A DNA stretch of 63,161 nt, counting the filler, from Olpidium bornovanus S191 (Eukaryota; Fungi; Olpidiomycota), in the NCBI GenBank assembly GCA_017911155.1. It is 30 parts of 30 records of this genome, joined end to end, with 100 filler letters (N's around TTAATTAATTAA, not from the genome) between each part and the next. Parts side by side here need not be neighbours in the genome. Positions count along the whole stretch, not along the records: positions 1 to 1,058 come from JAEFCI010004450.1; positions 1,159 to 2,487 come from JAEFCI010003601.1; positions 2,588 to 3,968 come from JAEFCI010007468.1; positions 4,069 to 7,801 come from JAEFCI010009484.1; positions 7,902 to 10,946 come from JAEFCI010008435.1; positions 11,047 to 12,057 come from JAEFCI010009129.1; 24 more parts are not named here. The stretch is one strand, 5' to 3'. The position numbers were made by a program, and so were the translations under genes. This document shows, piece after piece, positions 1 through 12,057 of the stretch. Numbering within the stretch: position 1 is the first letter of the stretch; the number at the start of each line of letters is the position of its first letter. The notes below the pieces were generated by a model. It had not been told where the DNA came from, ran no database searches, and saw nothing but the letters and a program-made list of their open reading frames with translations.

Positions 1-60
1 AAAGGGGGAAAAGGGGGGAAAAGGGGGGAAAAGGGGGGAAAAGGGAGGAAAAGGGGGTAA
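1..60. repeat. Degenerate 10-bp tandem repeat (AAAAGGGGGG)n, about 6 copies
   Basis: Read directly from the sequence; it may be partly a low-quality read end. Confidence 0.7.
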
Positions 61-491
61 GAAAGTGCGGGGCGGGGGAGGGCGAACGGAAGGGGCGCTG
101 GTCCCCTCGCAACCGCCCCGGCCAACCAAATCCAGGGGTGCGGGGCCCCCGTTGCGGGGAGAGGAAAGAGAAAAGAGTGCTCCACGGTCACCCGCGTGGG
201 CGGAAACTTGAACCAGACCCCCTCCCGACCTCCCGACCCCCCGACCTCCCAACCCCCCCCCCGCCCTCCCTTCCCGGCCACGGCCAATCGAAGGGACAAG
301 TCACCAGCCGCCCGGCGGGGCACGTGGGCGGGGGAGCCGGCGGAAAGGGATCATCAAGGGACCTTCCAAAAAAATGGGCGTCTTTTTTAAGGAGCCCCGT
401 TTTCCGCAGCTTCGCTTGATCCACTCGCCCGGCGGGGTTGAACTGGCTGTTCCCAACATCACCTCAGGGGACGATAACCGGCTGCAACCGT

Positions 492-1058
492 ATGATGACG
501 ATGACCGCCCCTGACTCCAGGACGCAGGGCCTCACGGCCTACCTCGCGTTTCACACGTTTGTCGCGTGTCTCGGAGGGTTCAGCGCGGGCATCAACCTTG
601 GGAATCTCAACACCCCCGGCCAGTTGATCTCTCTGTGCAAGGGCATTCCGGACGACAGCCGGAATAGGAACGGCAGCGGCTTCCTTCCTTGCTGGCCTCA
701 GACCGGAGATGAAGATACCATGAAAACTATTTGGTACGTCGGCGAGCGTTCGTTTTGCGTCGGGAAGCGTACCGCATATATTTTTTTTTTTTTTTTTTTT
801 TTGCGTTTCTGTTTTTTTGTTTGTTCTTGGGAGAGGTTGGGAACGTAGGGCGGGGCAAAAGTGCTCAGAAGCCGCGCTAAAACCGAACGCTTGCGTGACC
901 GGCCGTTTAGGGGCTCGGTCGCCGGCCTTCTCGCTGTCGGCGGTTTCATCGGGGCACTCGCTTCCACGCCCCTCGCAATGAGGCTCGGACGGAAATACGC
1001 GATGATGGTCATCAACCTGCTGTTCATCGGCGGTGCTTCGTTCATGGCCTTGTCGAAC
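492..1058 (+). CDS. MFS sugar porter, GLUT-like, 5' part (exons 492-733, 911->1058)
   Basis: The intron 734-910 (GTACGT..TTTAG) joins the exons in frame: FHTFVACLGGFSAGINLGNLNTP...TIW/GSVAGLLAVGGFIGALASTPLAMRLGRKYAMMVINLLFIGGASFMALS. This matches TM1-TM3 and the GRK motif of GLUT-family porters. Confidence 0.85.
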
Positions 1059-1158
1059 NNNNNNNNNNNNNNNNNNNNNNNNNNNNNNNNNNNNNNNNNN
1101 NNTTAATTAATTAANNNNNNNNNNNNNNNNNNNNNNNNNNNNNNNNNNNNNNNNNNNN
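1059..1158. other. Artificial contig spacer (first of 29)
   Basis: N44-TTAATTAATTAA-N44, exactly 100 bp. Identical spacers start at 1059, 2488, 3969, 7802, 10947, 12058, 13770, 15758, 18041, 20346, 23129, 25596, 26703, 29126, 32288, 36209, 37336, 39524, 41241, 42402, 46043, 47304, 50900, 52658, 53879, 55122, 57298, 58679 and 60629. Confidence 0.98.
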
Positions 1159-1822
1159 GAAGGGGGGGCGAGGGGGGTCCATTGTGGTTTTTGGGCCGTT
1201 TCGACAAATTTCTCCTCTCAGCTTTGCTTCGCGCCCTCGGCCGGCCCCAGAAAAAAAAAAAGCAAGGGGGAGGAGGGGATGCGGGCGCGGGGTTTCGAAT
1301 GCCCCCCCCCCCCCCCCCCCCGGGGGTGGGGGGGGGGGGGGGGAGGGGAGGGCGGGGGGCCAACGCGCGGCGGCTCCCTCGAACTTTTCCAGTGTTCCCC
1401 CAATTCCGGCCTCCCTGCCCGCCCGTAACCCTCTTTCCTCCACACACTCCCGCCCGGGCGTGTGTAAACAACAAGCGGGGCCGGAGGGGAGAGGGCAAAA
1501 AGGGGGCAGGTTCTTTTTTATTATTATTGAATGCCGGAAAGCGCTTGGAATTTGTCGAGCGGGTGGGTGGGTGTGTGTGTGTGTGCGGGGTGTGGGGGGA
1601 GCGGGGCGGACGGTAAAATGCCCCGCGCATAATCAACAACGGGCGCAGCGCGTCTGGCTCCATTTTTTTTTTTTCCTCTTTTATTTCCCCCTCCCCCCTC
1701 CCCGCCGCTCTCTCTCTCTCTCGTCGTCGTCGTCGTCGTCGTCGTCTTCCCGGGACTCCACAGAGGGAAGGAGGAAATTGCGCGCGCGCGTGTGTGGGGG
1801 AAGGGGGGCGGGGGGCGGAGAG

Positions 1823-1857
<35 letters not shown>

Positions 1858-3330
1858 CAGGGGGGAGAGACGGCCGGGGGAAGGGGCGGAGAGGGGAAGA
1901 TGAAAAAGGGGCGGCGGCGGCATGAGAGCGTTTCGGTTGTTGGCACAGGAAACAGGGGGGAAGAAAGGAGGGAAGGGGGAAAGGTTGGAAGGGGAAGAAG
2001 GGGAGGAGGGCCACCAACGTTTTCCTCCGCAGTAAAAGTAATTCCCGCGCCTTCTTTCCCCCCCCCCCTCCCCTTTTTTCCCATTTCCCTTTCTTTGCCC
2101 CCACTACTCCCCTCCCCCCGCAAAAAAAAAAAAAAAAAAAAAACGCTCGCCGGCAGGGAAACAAAAAACACAACGAAAAAAATAGTGTAATAATAATGCG
2201 CCGGCGCATTTCATGACAAGGCCCCCGGTCGCCCCTCCGACAAAACCCACACGCAACACCCCCTTTCCCCTCCCCTTCCGGGGGCCCCCCCCCCCCCCCC
2301 CCGCCCCCCCCCCCCCAAACCCCCCCCCCCCCCCCCCCTTTCCCCCCCCCTTCCGGGGGCCCCCCCCCCCCTGCTCTGCCCGCCCGCGCCAACATCCCCC
2401 GCTCGCGCGCGCGCGCGCAGCCAGTTCCCCCCGCTTCTCTCTCTCTCTCTCTCTCCGTTTTCTCCTCTCTCCTGGTCCCCTAACAACNNNNNNNNNNNNN
2501 NNNNNNNNNNNNNNNNNNNNNNNNNNNNNNNTTAATTAATTAANNNNNNNNNNNNNNNNNNNNNNNNNNNNNNNNNNNNNNNNNNNNCATGGCGGCGGCG
2601 ACGGCGGATTGGCGATTGCGCCGGCGAGAGATTTCACGGCCGTTTGACCGTCGTCCTGTGGACGGCGCACCCGCGAGCGGGACGCTGGCAAATTCGTGCG
2701 TAGATACCTAGAGGTCGGTCTGGGCGTCGGTGTGGAGGGAGAGGCAGGAATTGCAGAGGGTGAGTCTTTCCGTCAGCAAGCGCCGCGGGTGATACTCGCG
2801 CACTTTTTGCCTCGTCGTTCGTTTTGCCGCCTTGAAACGGAACAGTGCGGGCCGGCTCGACGACGAACGGGGGTAAAAGTTTCCGCCTTCCGACGCACCT
2901 GGTCACTTGCGAACGGCCGTGAGCAAATTGGGCCCGGCAGCGATCTGCAGCAGCGGTGCACGAAAACGCACCTTCTGTTTATCCGAACCTCTGGCGGTGC
3001 GCAGCGAGGTTTATTCGCCGGGGGGATGGTACAGAGATTTTCGGCCGGCTGTGGGCGGTGCGTCCCGGGAAACTCCCCGGCTCCGCCGCCCAGAGGTTGC
3101 AGGCGCCGGCCTCGCCAAAGATGTCCCCGGGCGGGCAAGCTCCCGCGGTCACGCGAGCCGCTAGCCCGGGGCCCCGTTCGTCCCGCCGGAATCCTCGTAA
3201 CGCAAGACCGAGGGCGGTCGCCGTCCCGTGTGGCCGGCCCGGAGGGACGGAGCTCCGGTGGCCGCCGGGTCGATTTTGCCCGCGACCGCCGGATATTTTT
3301 TTTTTTTTTTTTTCCGCTGCGCCGGGCGCA

Positions 3331-3350
3331 AAGGTTGCCCTGGCAACCTT
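3331..3350. promoter_or_regulatory. RFX X-box-like palindrome
   Basis: AAGGTTGCC-CT-GGCAACCTT has 9-bp perfect arms. The core GTTGCC-N2-GGCAAC matches the RFX consensus GTTGCCATGGCAAC at 13 of 14 positions. It lies in apparently non-coding DNA next to a T-tract. Confidence 0.45.
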
Positions 3351-4068
3351 CGGCCGCACGTGGATTCCGGCTCTCCTCGCAACGCCGCCGGTGGCACGGT
3401 GCTCGGCGGCCGGCGCAGTACGCGGGGCTGCTTCTGCACACGGGCACAGCCGGGGAGTGAGGAAGGTGGGGGGGAAGGCGGGGAGGGCGTCCTCTTAGGC
3501 GAAGCGGATGCCGCCGTTCGGCGAGGCGTTCTCGGGCCGGCAGAGCCGCAGACGCGGTACGGCAGGCAGTGAGTGCGAACGCGGAGCGGGGCGAAGCGCG
3601 CGCGCGTCGCCCGGTCTCCCGCGTCCGCAACCGCCGCCCGGCCGGCCCGCTCGGCGCACGCCCCGCCGCGCCGCGAAGGATTCCTTCGCGCGGCGCATCG
3701 CCACAAGAAAAACGTCTGGAAACACGCCGTGCCGCGGAAAGAACCGATTCGGGGCACGTTGCGGGGGAGGGGGGGGGGAAGGGGTGGGTTGTTTCTCCCG
3801 GGCTGTCTCGGCGACCGGCGCCGCCACCCCGCCCATCGCGGACGGTGCATGGCCCTCACCCAACTTGTTCCCGGCTGCGCGTCTCGAAAGGGCAGCAGGT
3901 CTGCGGCCGGCGCAGAGCGACGGGAGCTTTTGAGGAGAAGAGCCCCCGGCAGTTCACCCGCGGCGGGCNNNNNNNNNNNNNNNNNNNNNNNNNNNNNNNN
4001 NNNNNNNNNNNNTTAATTAATTAANNNNNNNNNNNNNNNNNNNNNNNNNNNNNNNNNNNNNNNNNNNN

Positions 4069-7000
4069 CATGGCGTCCTCGTACGAGTCGTGCCCGGCCC
4101 TGCCGCCATTGCTCGAGGAAGACGAATTGTTCTGGATGAAATGCGTGAGGTACTTGCCAGCAAGCCACTTCAGCGACCGGCGCTCCGGGTACCCTCTCGG
4201 GTGCGGGAAGAGCTGCGTTTTTTTTAACAGACGGGGGAAAGAATGAAGTGCGCTGAGCCCACCGCAGTTTGACAAAAAGAAGAAAAAAAACGTGCAATTG
4301 ACCTTAACCGCGAACGCGAAGGACGTTACACCCGCGAACCGCGGAAAGTGCGCAAGCGCCCCGGGGCGTTGTGACTCACCTCGGCGGTGTCGACGACTCG
4401 CAGGTGAACAAGTCTCAGAGCTTTGAAATCGCTTTCCTGGGATCCACGAAAGCGAATATCAGAAACGGGAACACGCACGCACGCGCACGCACACGACACC
4501 CACGCACGCACGCGCACGCACGCGCACGCACGGCGATGAAACCAAAGAAAAAAACGAACGAACGCCTAAGCCTCACGTCCGGAATTTCCACCGTCCTGGA
4601 AGGCCGTTGGGTCCGGGCGGCCAGCTACGTCGTTCCTCCGCCGAATATTCTGCGACTACTTACAAGGCTGTGCCCGATGATTACCGTGTGGCGATCGATA
4701 AATGTGAACATTTTGCTACGGACGAACGCAAGATCTCCTGTAGCGTCGTTGAGGTTTGTTATGCCGCTGTGTCGCAAAAAAAACCCCCCGGTTGATGAAT
4801 AATGGTGAGAGACCCGGGGGGCGTTATCCAGCGGCCAAATCAAGAGGTAGAACTTGGACGAAACCACGGCCGGAATTTCGCCTCTCGAAACCGCGACCAC
4901 CTCTTAAACACCGGGGGCTCCGCATTTCGCACCTGAACCGGGTATTAAAATCTACAATCGGGTTGTGCGGCCGCACGATGTCATCCACAAGAACGGCCCC
5001 GGTAGATCCGTCGAGTACTGTAAGTCGAGTCAGCTCGAGGCCCCCTGTCGTGTAAGACTGAAAAGCAAAAAAAAAAAAAAAAAAAAATGTCACGGGCTGT
5101 TCGGCAAATGGCCAAAAAGAAAATGGCCGCCCTCCGTTTCGAGCTCCCTCACCATTTCGCAGTCGATCCCGATCACGCTCCTGCGCTCCACCGGCCGCCC
5201 CGCGTCGCCGCTCGACCAGGGCAGCGGAGCCTGGACGAACGGCTCCGCCGCGTGCAGCTGGGCCAAGTCTTTTTGGACCCAGACGTGCGGCCCCACTTCG
5301 CAGCCGCCGCTCGACCCGATCGAGGCGCGGCAGCAGGTGTACAACTTCTCCCGCTGTCCGCCGACTCTGTCGACGGCGGGCCGGCCCCAGTGGAAGGTGC
5401 ACTCGACGCTGTCGGCCGAGGAGAACAACGGATCAAACTTTCGCGAACACCGCTCGCACACGCGGAGCGCCGGAACCGGCTCGGCCGCCCCCGGCTGAGC
5501 GGGAGGGACGTCGACGGGATATCCGAACTGGTCCAGCTTCTCGACGGGAAGGGCGAGCGGCAGGACATCCTCCACCGACAGAGCTTTGAAAACGTGGGTC
5601 GTCAGCAACCTTCCCCGCGCCGCCGAAGCCGGGTCGTTGGCCTTGTCCCCGGGAAAACCGGCGCCGCCCTTTGGAGGATATTCCCCATCGATTCCGGTGT
5701 CTTCGCAGTTTTTGGCCTCCGGCCGATGCTTCAGGCGAGAAAGAGCCCCCGCCGCGTTGATTGTGTAGGAGTGCTTGTCCGAAATGCGGTAAACGCGCGC
5801 TTCCTGCGCCACGGCGTGTTCGCGAGCGAGCGGCAGCGATTGCGATTGGAGCCGAGTGTATATGCGGCAGAATTGTGCATAACACTTCTCCACTATCGCC
5901 TGCCGTGTCTGATACTTGGTGTGGGAGTTCACGGCCGCAGACGCCGGGATCCTCGGCGGTGTCGACGTGGCTATCGGTGGGGGCTGCGGTGGAGGGAGTC
6001 AATCCAGGATTTACGAACGGCAAAAAAGCCATTCAGCACGCACAGACGCATGTTACGGGTCGCACCTTGGGCGTCGAATGGGCGACCCGTTTCACGCTCG
6101 ACGGGTGCGCCCATATGTCAGAGGTCACGGTCCTGCTTTGGTTCTCTGAAGGAAGCCGGGCGGGGGCCTGCGCTCTGTTCAAATGGCCGTTGTCCGACAG
6201 GCCCCACGTCTTCTCAGCCGTCGCGCCAGTGGCTGACAACCGAGAAACCCGCCTTATGTTGGAGGGATGCTTCCACTCGTCCGTCGCGACGGGACTCTTG
6301 TTATCAGGCAAACCAGGAATCTGCTTCTTCGTAACGCTGTTTCTTGGGACGTTGGGAAGCGCTGTGCAGGTTTTGCCGGCTTTGCCGATTTCAGTGGAAG
6401 CAGCGGCGCCGCAGTCTTGGGCTGCTTTTACTGTGCCTTTCGGCTTCGGCGGCGCCGCGCGTGTCAGCCCTGCGGGCGCCGCCGAACCCGAAGATACCAG
6501 CAAAGGGCCGGGGACCGCCGCGGCGCCCTTCCTGATGCCCTCCCTGTGGACGTCAGAGCCGCGTTCGGTGTCCCCCTTTGTGTCGTTTGTCTGTTGTTTC
6601 CCCGCCGGCGTTAACCGCGACAGCCCTGCGGAAGGTGCCGCTCCCGTTGCCTTCCGTAACGAACCGGGCGCAGCCTTCTGCCACGCAACCCCGGCGGAAT
6701 TTCTCCGGACGGCCGCGCCGGCGGCACCGGCCGAAGGCGGCGGAGAGTCCGCCGATCGCCGAGGGTCCGCGGGACTCGCGCGACCGGCTGCCGGCCTTTT
6801 CCTTTTCCGGGGGGGCGCAATTTCCTCCACGGACGAGGAGGAAGACGCAGGGGAACTGCTCGGGCCGACCGGCGGCAGGGGGGGCTCGGCGGCGGCGCCG
6901 TCGGCCGCATTCTTGGCTGCCCCTTCGCGGTTATCCCTCGAAGCCGGGGATTGAACCCCCTTCCTCTTCAGCGGGGCCGCTCCGCAGGCGGGCGCCTGCG

Positions 7001-7112
7001 CCGGGTGGGCGGCGTCGGGCGCTTTGTGGGAGAAGGGACACAGAGCGTCCGGACTGGAACACCAGGGCCGGCGAGGGCACGGAAAAGAGCGGAAAACGCC
7101 GGTGGTGAACAT
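4069..7112 (-). CDS. REXO1/REX3-like DEDDh RNA exonuclease, 3' partial (exons 7112-6066, 5983-5153, 5057-4933, 4766-4664, 4436-4380, 4212-<4069)
   Basis: All five introns are GT..CAG and phase-consistent. N-terminus MFTTGVFRSFPCP..C..C..H. Cys/His cluster CERC..ECTFHWG..YTCC..GCEVGPHVW. Exonuclease motifs GIDCEM-SYT..ELTR, IIGHSL-ESDFKAL..VVDT, GHDSYEDA. Confidence 0.93.
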
Positions 7113-7901
7113 CTCCGGGAGGGGATGACGCGAGCCGCTGTTGTTGTGAACGAAGCGTCAAATTTGTCCGGGAAAAAGAAGGAAAAAACCACCCGGCAGA
7201 GGAGCTGCTGCGGGCGGAAGAGCGCGTGGAGCGGCGGCAGCAGACACGTCACAGCAACCCCAGCCGGCCCGAGAGCGGCCTCTCTTCTTCCCCCCACCCG
7301 CGCGGGAGGAAACGGGGCGCGGCGTAAGGTGGGGGGCGAGGGGGGAAGGCGGGAGAAGGCGGCCGAACCGGCCGGCCTGGATATGCGGGCCGGGGGGGTC
7401 AGCGCAGGAGGAGCGGGTCCGGCCCCGCGATCCCGGCGGGGAAGCCCGGGCTTCCTGTGCGAGAGCAGCCGCGGAACCGAGACGCGCGCCACCCGCGCGG
7501 CCGTGGAGAGCGGGACGCGGCCGGGGGGAGCGCGACGCGGCCGGGCGGGGCGCGACGAGGGAAGGGAGGAAAGGCGGGGCGGGGGGCGGTGAGGACGGGG
7601 GAGGAGAGGGGCTCTGGGCAAAAAGAAAATAAAATTAATTTTTGTCTCTCTTTTTTCCTTTTGGTTCTTTTTTTTTTTTTTTTTTTTTTTCTTTTTTTTT
7701 TTTGTCCGGGGATCGTTCCCTCAAATTGCACCGTGCTTTTGTGGTTCTCCGGCGTTGGGCGAGCATTTTTTTTTTTTTTTTTGGCCCACTCCCTCTCGCG
7801 CNNNNNNNNNNNNNNNNNNNNNNNNNNNNNNNNNNNNNNNNNNNNTTAATTAATTAANNNNNNNNNNNNNNNNNNNNNNNNNNNNNNNNNNNNNNNNNNN
7901 N

Positions 7902-8735
7902 CATGACTACAATATCAGTGTCAGATTCGACCTAAATGTGCAGTTGCCAAAAACAATTGATCAAGGTGCTGCCTCTGGCTCAACCCATAAATCCGGCCTG
8001 TCCCGTCTCACACCCAAATTCCGTACTTCTTTCACAACGGTCCCTCGGATGAGGTTGATTACGAGGATCGACGGCTGCCGCCCGGCCACAAGCAACTCGC
8101 TTTTGCTTGACGGCGAAACGATGCCACAGTGAAGATTTTGCGTCGAATCGGAACTGGGAAAGACCGTTCCCCGATTACAGAGAGAAACTTCAGTCTAAGC
8201 AGCGCTGCGTACTCGGGGAAGAGCCTCTTCTGCGAATCACGCCGTTCCCTCGCGCTCCGTTGCCGAGAGCGGAAACGCGCGACGCACCTAAGACGCCACA
8301 CAGCCAGTCCCCTTCGGTTGGTCAGCCGCACGCTATTCGCCGCTATGGTAACGACCCCGCTTTCAGTCACGACGATCTGGCGAATCTGGGAGTCGTGAGC
8401 TCGGAAGGCCGTGTACTTGTGGAGCCCAACGCCATAGTACGACACAACGTAACCCTGCAAAGCGAGGTACCCGCGCCGAAGGGACCGACAATGAGCCGTT
8501 ATTAGAACAAAACTTCCCCGGCAAAGCTTCGCCCGAATTTGGTCCGAGCACCCCTCGCGCTTCTCCGCAGGTTGCGATTTCTCACCGCATCGTTCCCCGT
8601 CCACACCAACTCGTGGTACGGGTCGAACGCCACCGCCGTGAGCCCAGGAGCTCCAATGTGCTGCGCTGGAGGCCGGGCGCTGGCCGGATAGAAGTTTGAC
8701 ACCTGTCGAATCTCGAGTAGCTCCGGATTATTCAT
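7902..8735 (-). CDS. PAN2: PAN2 deadenylase, N-terminal WD40 region, 3' partial (exons 8735-8586, 8454-8288, 8153-8027, 7931-<7902)
   Basis: Spliced product TAVAFDPYHELVWTGNDA/GYVVSYYG..KYTAFRAH..IRQI..SVRLTNRRGL..W../LHCG..ELLVAGRQ..ILVINL.RG.VVKE/VESDTDIVVM matches the PAN2 N-terminus. Splice phases are consistent. Confidence 0.88.
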
Positions 8736-10704
8736 CCCCTTCGGAGGACCGCGTCACGGGGTTCGACCCGGCGTTCGTGCTAGGCCAACGCACCCCACCC
8801 CCGCTCGGCTTGACACGCGGTCTGCTGTGCTCCCAGAATTCGGATACTCTCCTTTCTTTCCCTCTGCCCGTCAGACCCCGCTCGGGGCCTTCCGCAATTT
8901 CCGGGAGGCGCGGAGGAAACTTCGTTTTCCAGTCGACGACGGCGGCGGGCGAGGTCCTCGTCCCGGTATTTGCAGCGCGCCGGAACCTCGGCCGGCCGGT
9001 GCGCGTGTTGGTGCTCGTTCACACAACCGGGCGTGTTTTCAATTCGTCCACCGTCGGCGCCTTCGTGCCACGTCACAGCTCTCTGGTCACGTGGTCAAGT
9101 CTGCTCCCTGTTGATTCTCGCACGCGTAATTTTGGGAAGGCAGTAGGCAAAGGGGGTCTTCGGAAGGTCAGACGGGAAACGGGCACGCAAAACGCACAGG
9201 CACGGCTCGCTCGGAACGGGTCACTTCGCGGTGCTATATGCAGGACTAGAGAAAACGCCAGCTCGCTCCGGGGTAGGTGGGAAGGGGGCGTTGTTCCCGT
9301 CACCTGACGGAATCGTATGTGTGCGAAGTCGATGTTTCATTCGGGTTTTCGGTGATAAAAATCGCGGTGATGCTCGCTGCATTTTTCACAGAGCGAGCAC
9401 CCGCTCCTATCTACAGGAGGAGGCGAACGGAACATCAGGCAATTGATCGATGGAATGATGTCTTCTATTCCTATCGGCACGGTTGCTCGGCGCAGGTCGT
9501 TTTCCAGATTCGACGTAACGCCTCGCTTCAGCCGCGGCTGCTTCGTTCGGTGCAGCGGTCGTCCTCCGCTCTGCTTTCAACAAAGCTCGCCACCATTGTG
9601 CGCATCAGCACATCAGCAAGGACGATCCGGCCGCTCGTGCAGACAACGCAGCAGCGAGGAGCCCGTGGCAGATTCCCGCCACCGTCCATCCACAGATTTA
9701 AACCATATTTAATAGCAGAGGCCCCTGGATTCTAACCACTACTCGAATGTGTGATAGGTCGTCCTACTATTACAGCCTCTAGTGGGCCGATCAAAAGTCT
9801 TAAGACGCGAAGCCCGCCGGCCGCGAGCGGAGTCAAGCCGCGCCCCGAGCTGCGGTCACGGTTTCTGACGAACGCGTCGGCGGCACGAGCTTAAACTGTC
9901 TCCGCACACCGAAGGGCCGCCGAGCGAGTTTGCCTCCGGCGGTGCCATCTCCGCTGCTGCACTTCATATCGACGGAGACAACCGACAGGTAAGGCTTTAC
10001 AGCGCCAGCTATTGTAGAACAATAAGATACAGGCGGGCACAGGGCCTTTTGATTCATAGGGCAACTCCTTTTCTTTTTACGTTTTCGCGCGCGCGGTTTG
10101 CTTTCGGGGGAAGGGCTTCGAGAGGGTGGGAGAGGAAAGACGACGCGTTCGCGTGGAGCCGCGCCGGGGCCAAGTTACCTCTTTAACAACCGCAACTCTC
10201 TACGGGTTGGTGTTTTCGACGTTCCAATCTGGTTTTCGCTGCGGGGTTTTGGAATTTTTCCCCTTCGCCCGTCGCCCTCGGTCTGCACCTCCTTTATTCC
10301 TCACAACACCGCCGCGGCTATCTTTTCGGTTGAGGGCGGCGACATGTTCGTCGCTGTTCCTCTACTTTGGCGTTGCCATGGTGGCGTTCCCGGTCGACTT
10401 CTTGACGTCTACACCGGGCTTGCTTTGGATGGAGCAGCACTGATTATACAGACGGAGGTGGCCTAGACGGAGTCACTTGAGGCTGTGGTGGGCAGAATCT
10501 ACCCTGGTGGCGTTCTATTGACCCCCCCCCCCCGCTGTGCTGCGAGGGCCAACGTTAGATGGGGCACGGGAATGGCTGCCGGCTTTAAGCACAGTTGCAG
10601 TGGAAGGCGTTGGGGCCATGGTGTGGGCCCTTTTTCTGCTATGCAGCTCCTTCTTGCTGCGCGGGTGCGGTTCCTTTTTTCGGGGTTTTACGGACAGGTG
10701 CTCG

Positions 10705-10725
10705 TAACCCTAACCCTGACCCTAA
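10705..10725. repeat. Short interstitial telomere-like repeat
   Basis: TAACCC TAACCC TGACCC TAA, about 3.5 units of (TTAGGG)n on the opposite strand. Confidence 0.45.
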
Positions 10726-10905
10726 GGCCTCCTTCCTCGCACAGGCGCATGAATGCCAACCCGTGAATTGTCGATCCACGAAATGTTAACGTATGAATGT
10801 CAATCAAGTTTTTCTTCCTGCTCTTTGGTGACGGTCGTGACGGGCGGAGGGCGGAGGGCAGAAGGCGGGGAGGGGAGGGGAGAGGGGGGGGAAGGGGGGG
10901 GGGGG

Positions 10906-10946
<41 letters not shown>

Positions 10947-11390
10947 NNNNNNNNNNNNNNNNNNNNNNNNNNNNNNNNNNNNNNNNNNNNTTAATTAATT
11001 AANNNNNNNNNNNNNNNNNNNNNNNNNNNNNNNNNNNNNNNNNNNNAAAATCCCGCACGCCGACGCCGCCGCACAAAACAAAACCGAAAAAGCCTGTGGA
11101 AGAAAAACTCTACGGCGTTCCGAACCGCCCGCGCGGTGTCGTCTCCGTCCTCCCATCCTTGGTCCCTCCATTGTGCGCCCCGACCCCCTCCCCCCTTTCC
11201 GGTCGAAAGGCAAAAAAGGAACGCGTACAAAAGGCGGAAGATCCTTCATTTTCTTCGCTCCGCGCCCGGCGTTCCTCCCTCGCGCGCTTCGAACCCCGAC
11301 CCGTTCGATCCCCTGTGTCTCGTCTCCTGGCCGCCCGACGTCACACGCCGCCGCCCGCCCGCCGCGCCTGAACGCCGCGCCACGCCTCCA

Positions 11391-12057
11391 ATGACGTCCC
11401 CCCGCGCCGCCCGCCTCGCCGCCGGGCTCGTCGCCGCTGCCGCCGCGGCCGTCGTCGTCGTCCTCCCCGGCCGCCACGCCGCCCTTGCCGCGCCCAACGA
11501 CTACGCCACCGACTCCTCGGTGCCCGACGACGCCAGGAGCCCGCTGCCCGTGGCCAACACCGACGTCTTTGACCCCTGGGATCGCGTCGCCAACCACCGG
11601 GGCCCGCTGCCCTACAATCCCTACCCGGGGGTGCCCGTGACCAACACCGACCGCTCTGACCAGCCCTTGCCGGAAGCCGATTTCATGAAGGACAACATGC
11701 AAGAGGCAACTGATTTGACCCATTTCATAATGGACCGCGTGGAAGCGCAAACTTGGTTGGCATTCGACTCAATATTGGACACGGATGGTTCGTTCCTTTA
11801 CAACACGCCGCTTGATGAGCAGAGAGAGCTCGTCAAGAACCTGCTGTCAACGATCATGGACGTTATCAATGGATTAGAGTTACTCACCGGCATAGAAGGA
11901 CGCGAGGAGCGACGCGGATGGTCAGTCGGGCCCCCTCCCATGGGTTCGACGCCTTTGAACGCCTCCATCTGGATTAAGAACCTTGGGATTTGTTGCTGCA
12001 TGTGGGTCAGACGGTTTCTGATTGGCGAATGGGAAAAGCGTCTACCTTCTTTCAACG
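11391..12057 (+). CDS. Putative secreted protein of unknown function, 3' partial
   Basis: Signal-peptide-like N-terminus MTSPRAAR-LAAGLVAAAAAAVVVVL-PGRHAALA/AP, high GC3 codon bias, and an uninterrupted ORF of more than 220 codons to the contig end. I recognise no domain. Confidence 0.6.

Noticed and set aside
1103-2539. Long ORFs (up to 430 aa) in the second contig, and similar Arg/Gly/Pro/Phe/Lys-run ORFs throughout the track
   Set aside because: They are shadow frames of GC-rich DNA and translated homopolymers or microsatellites, with no domain motifs or splice support.
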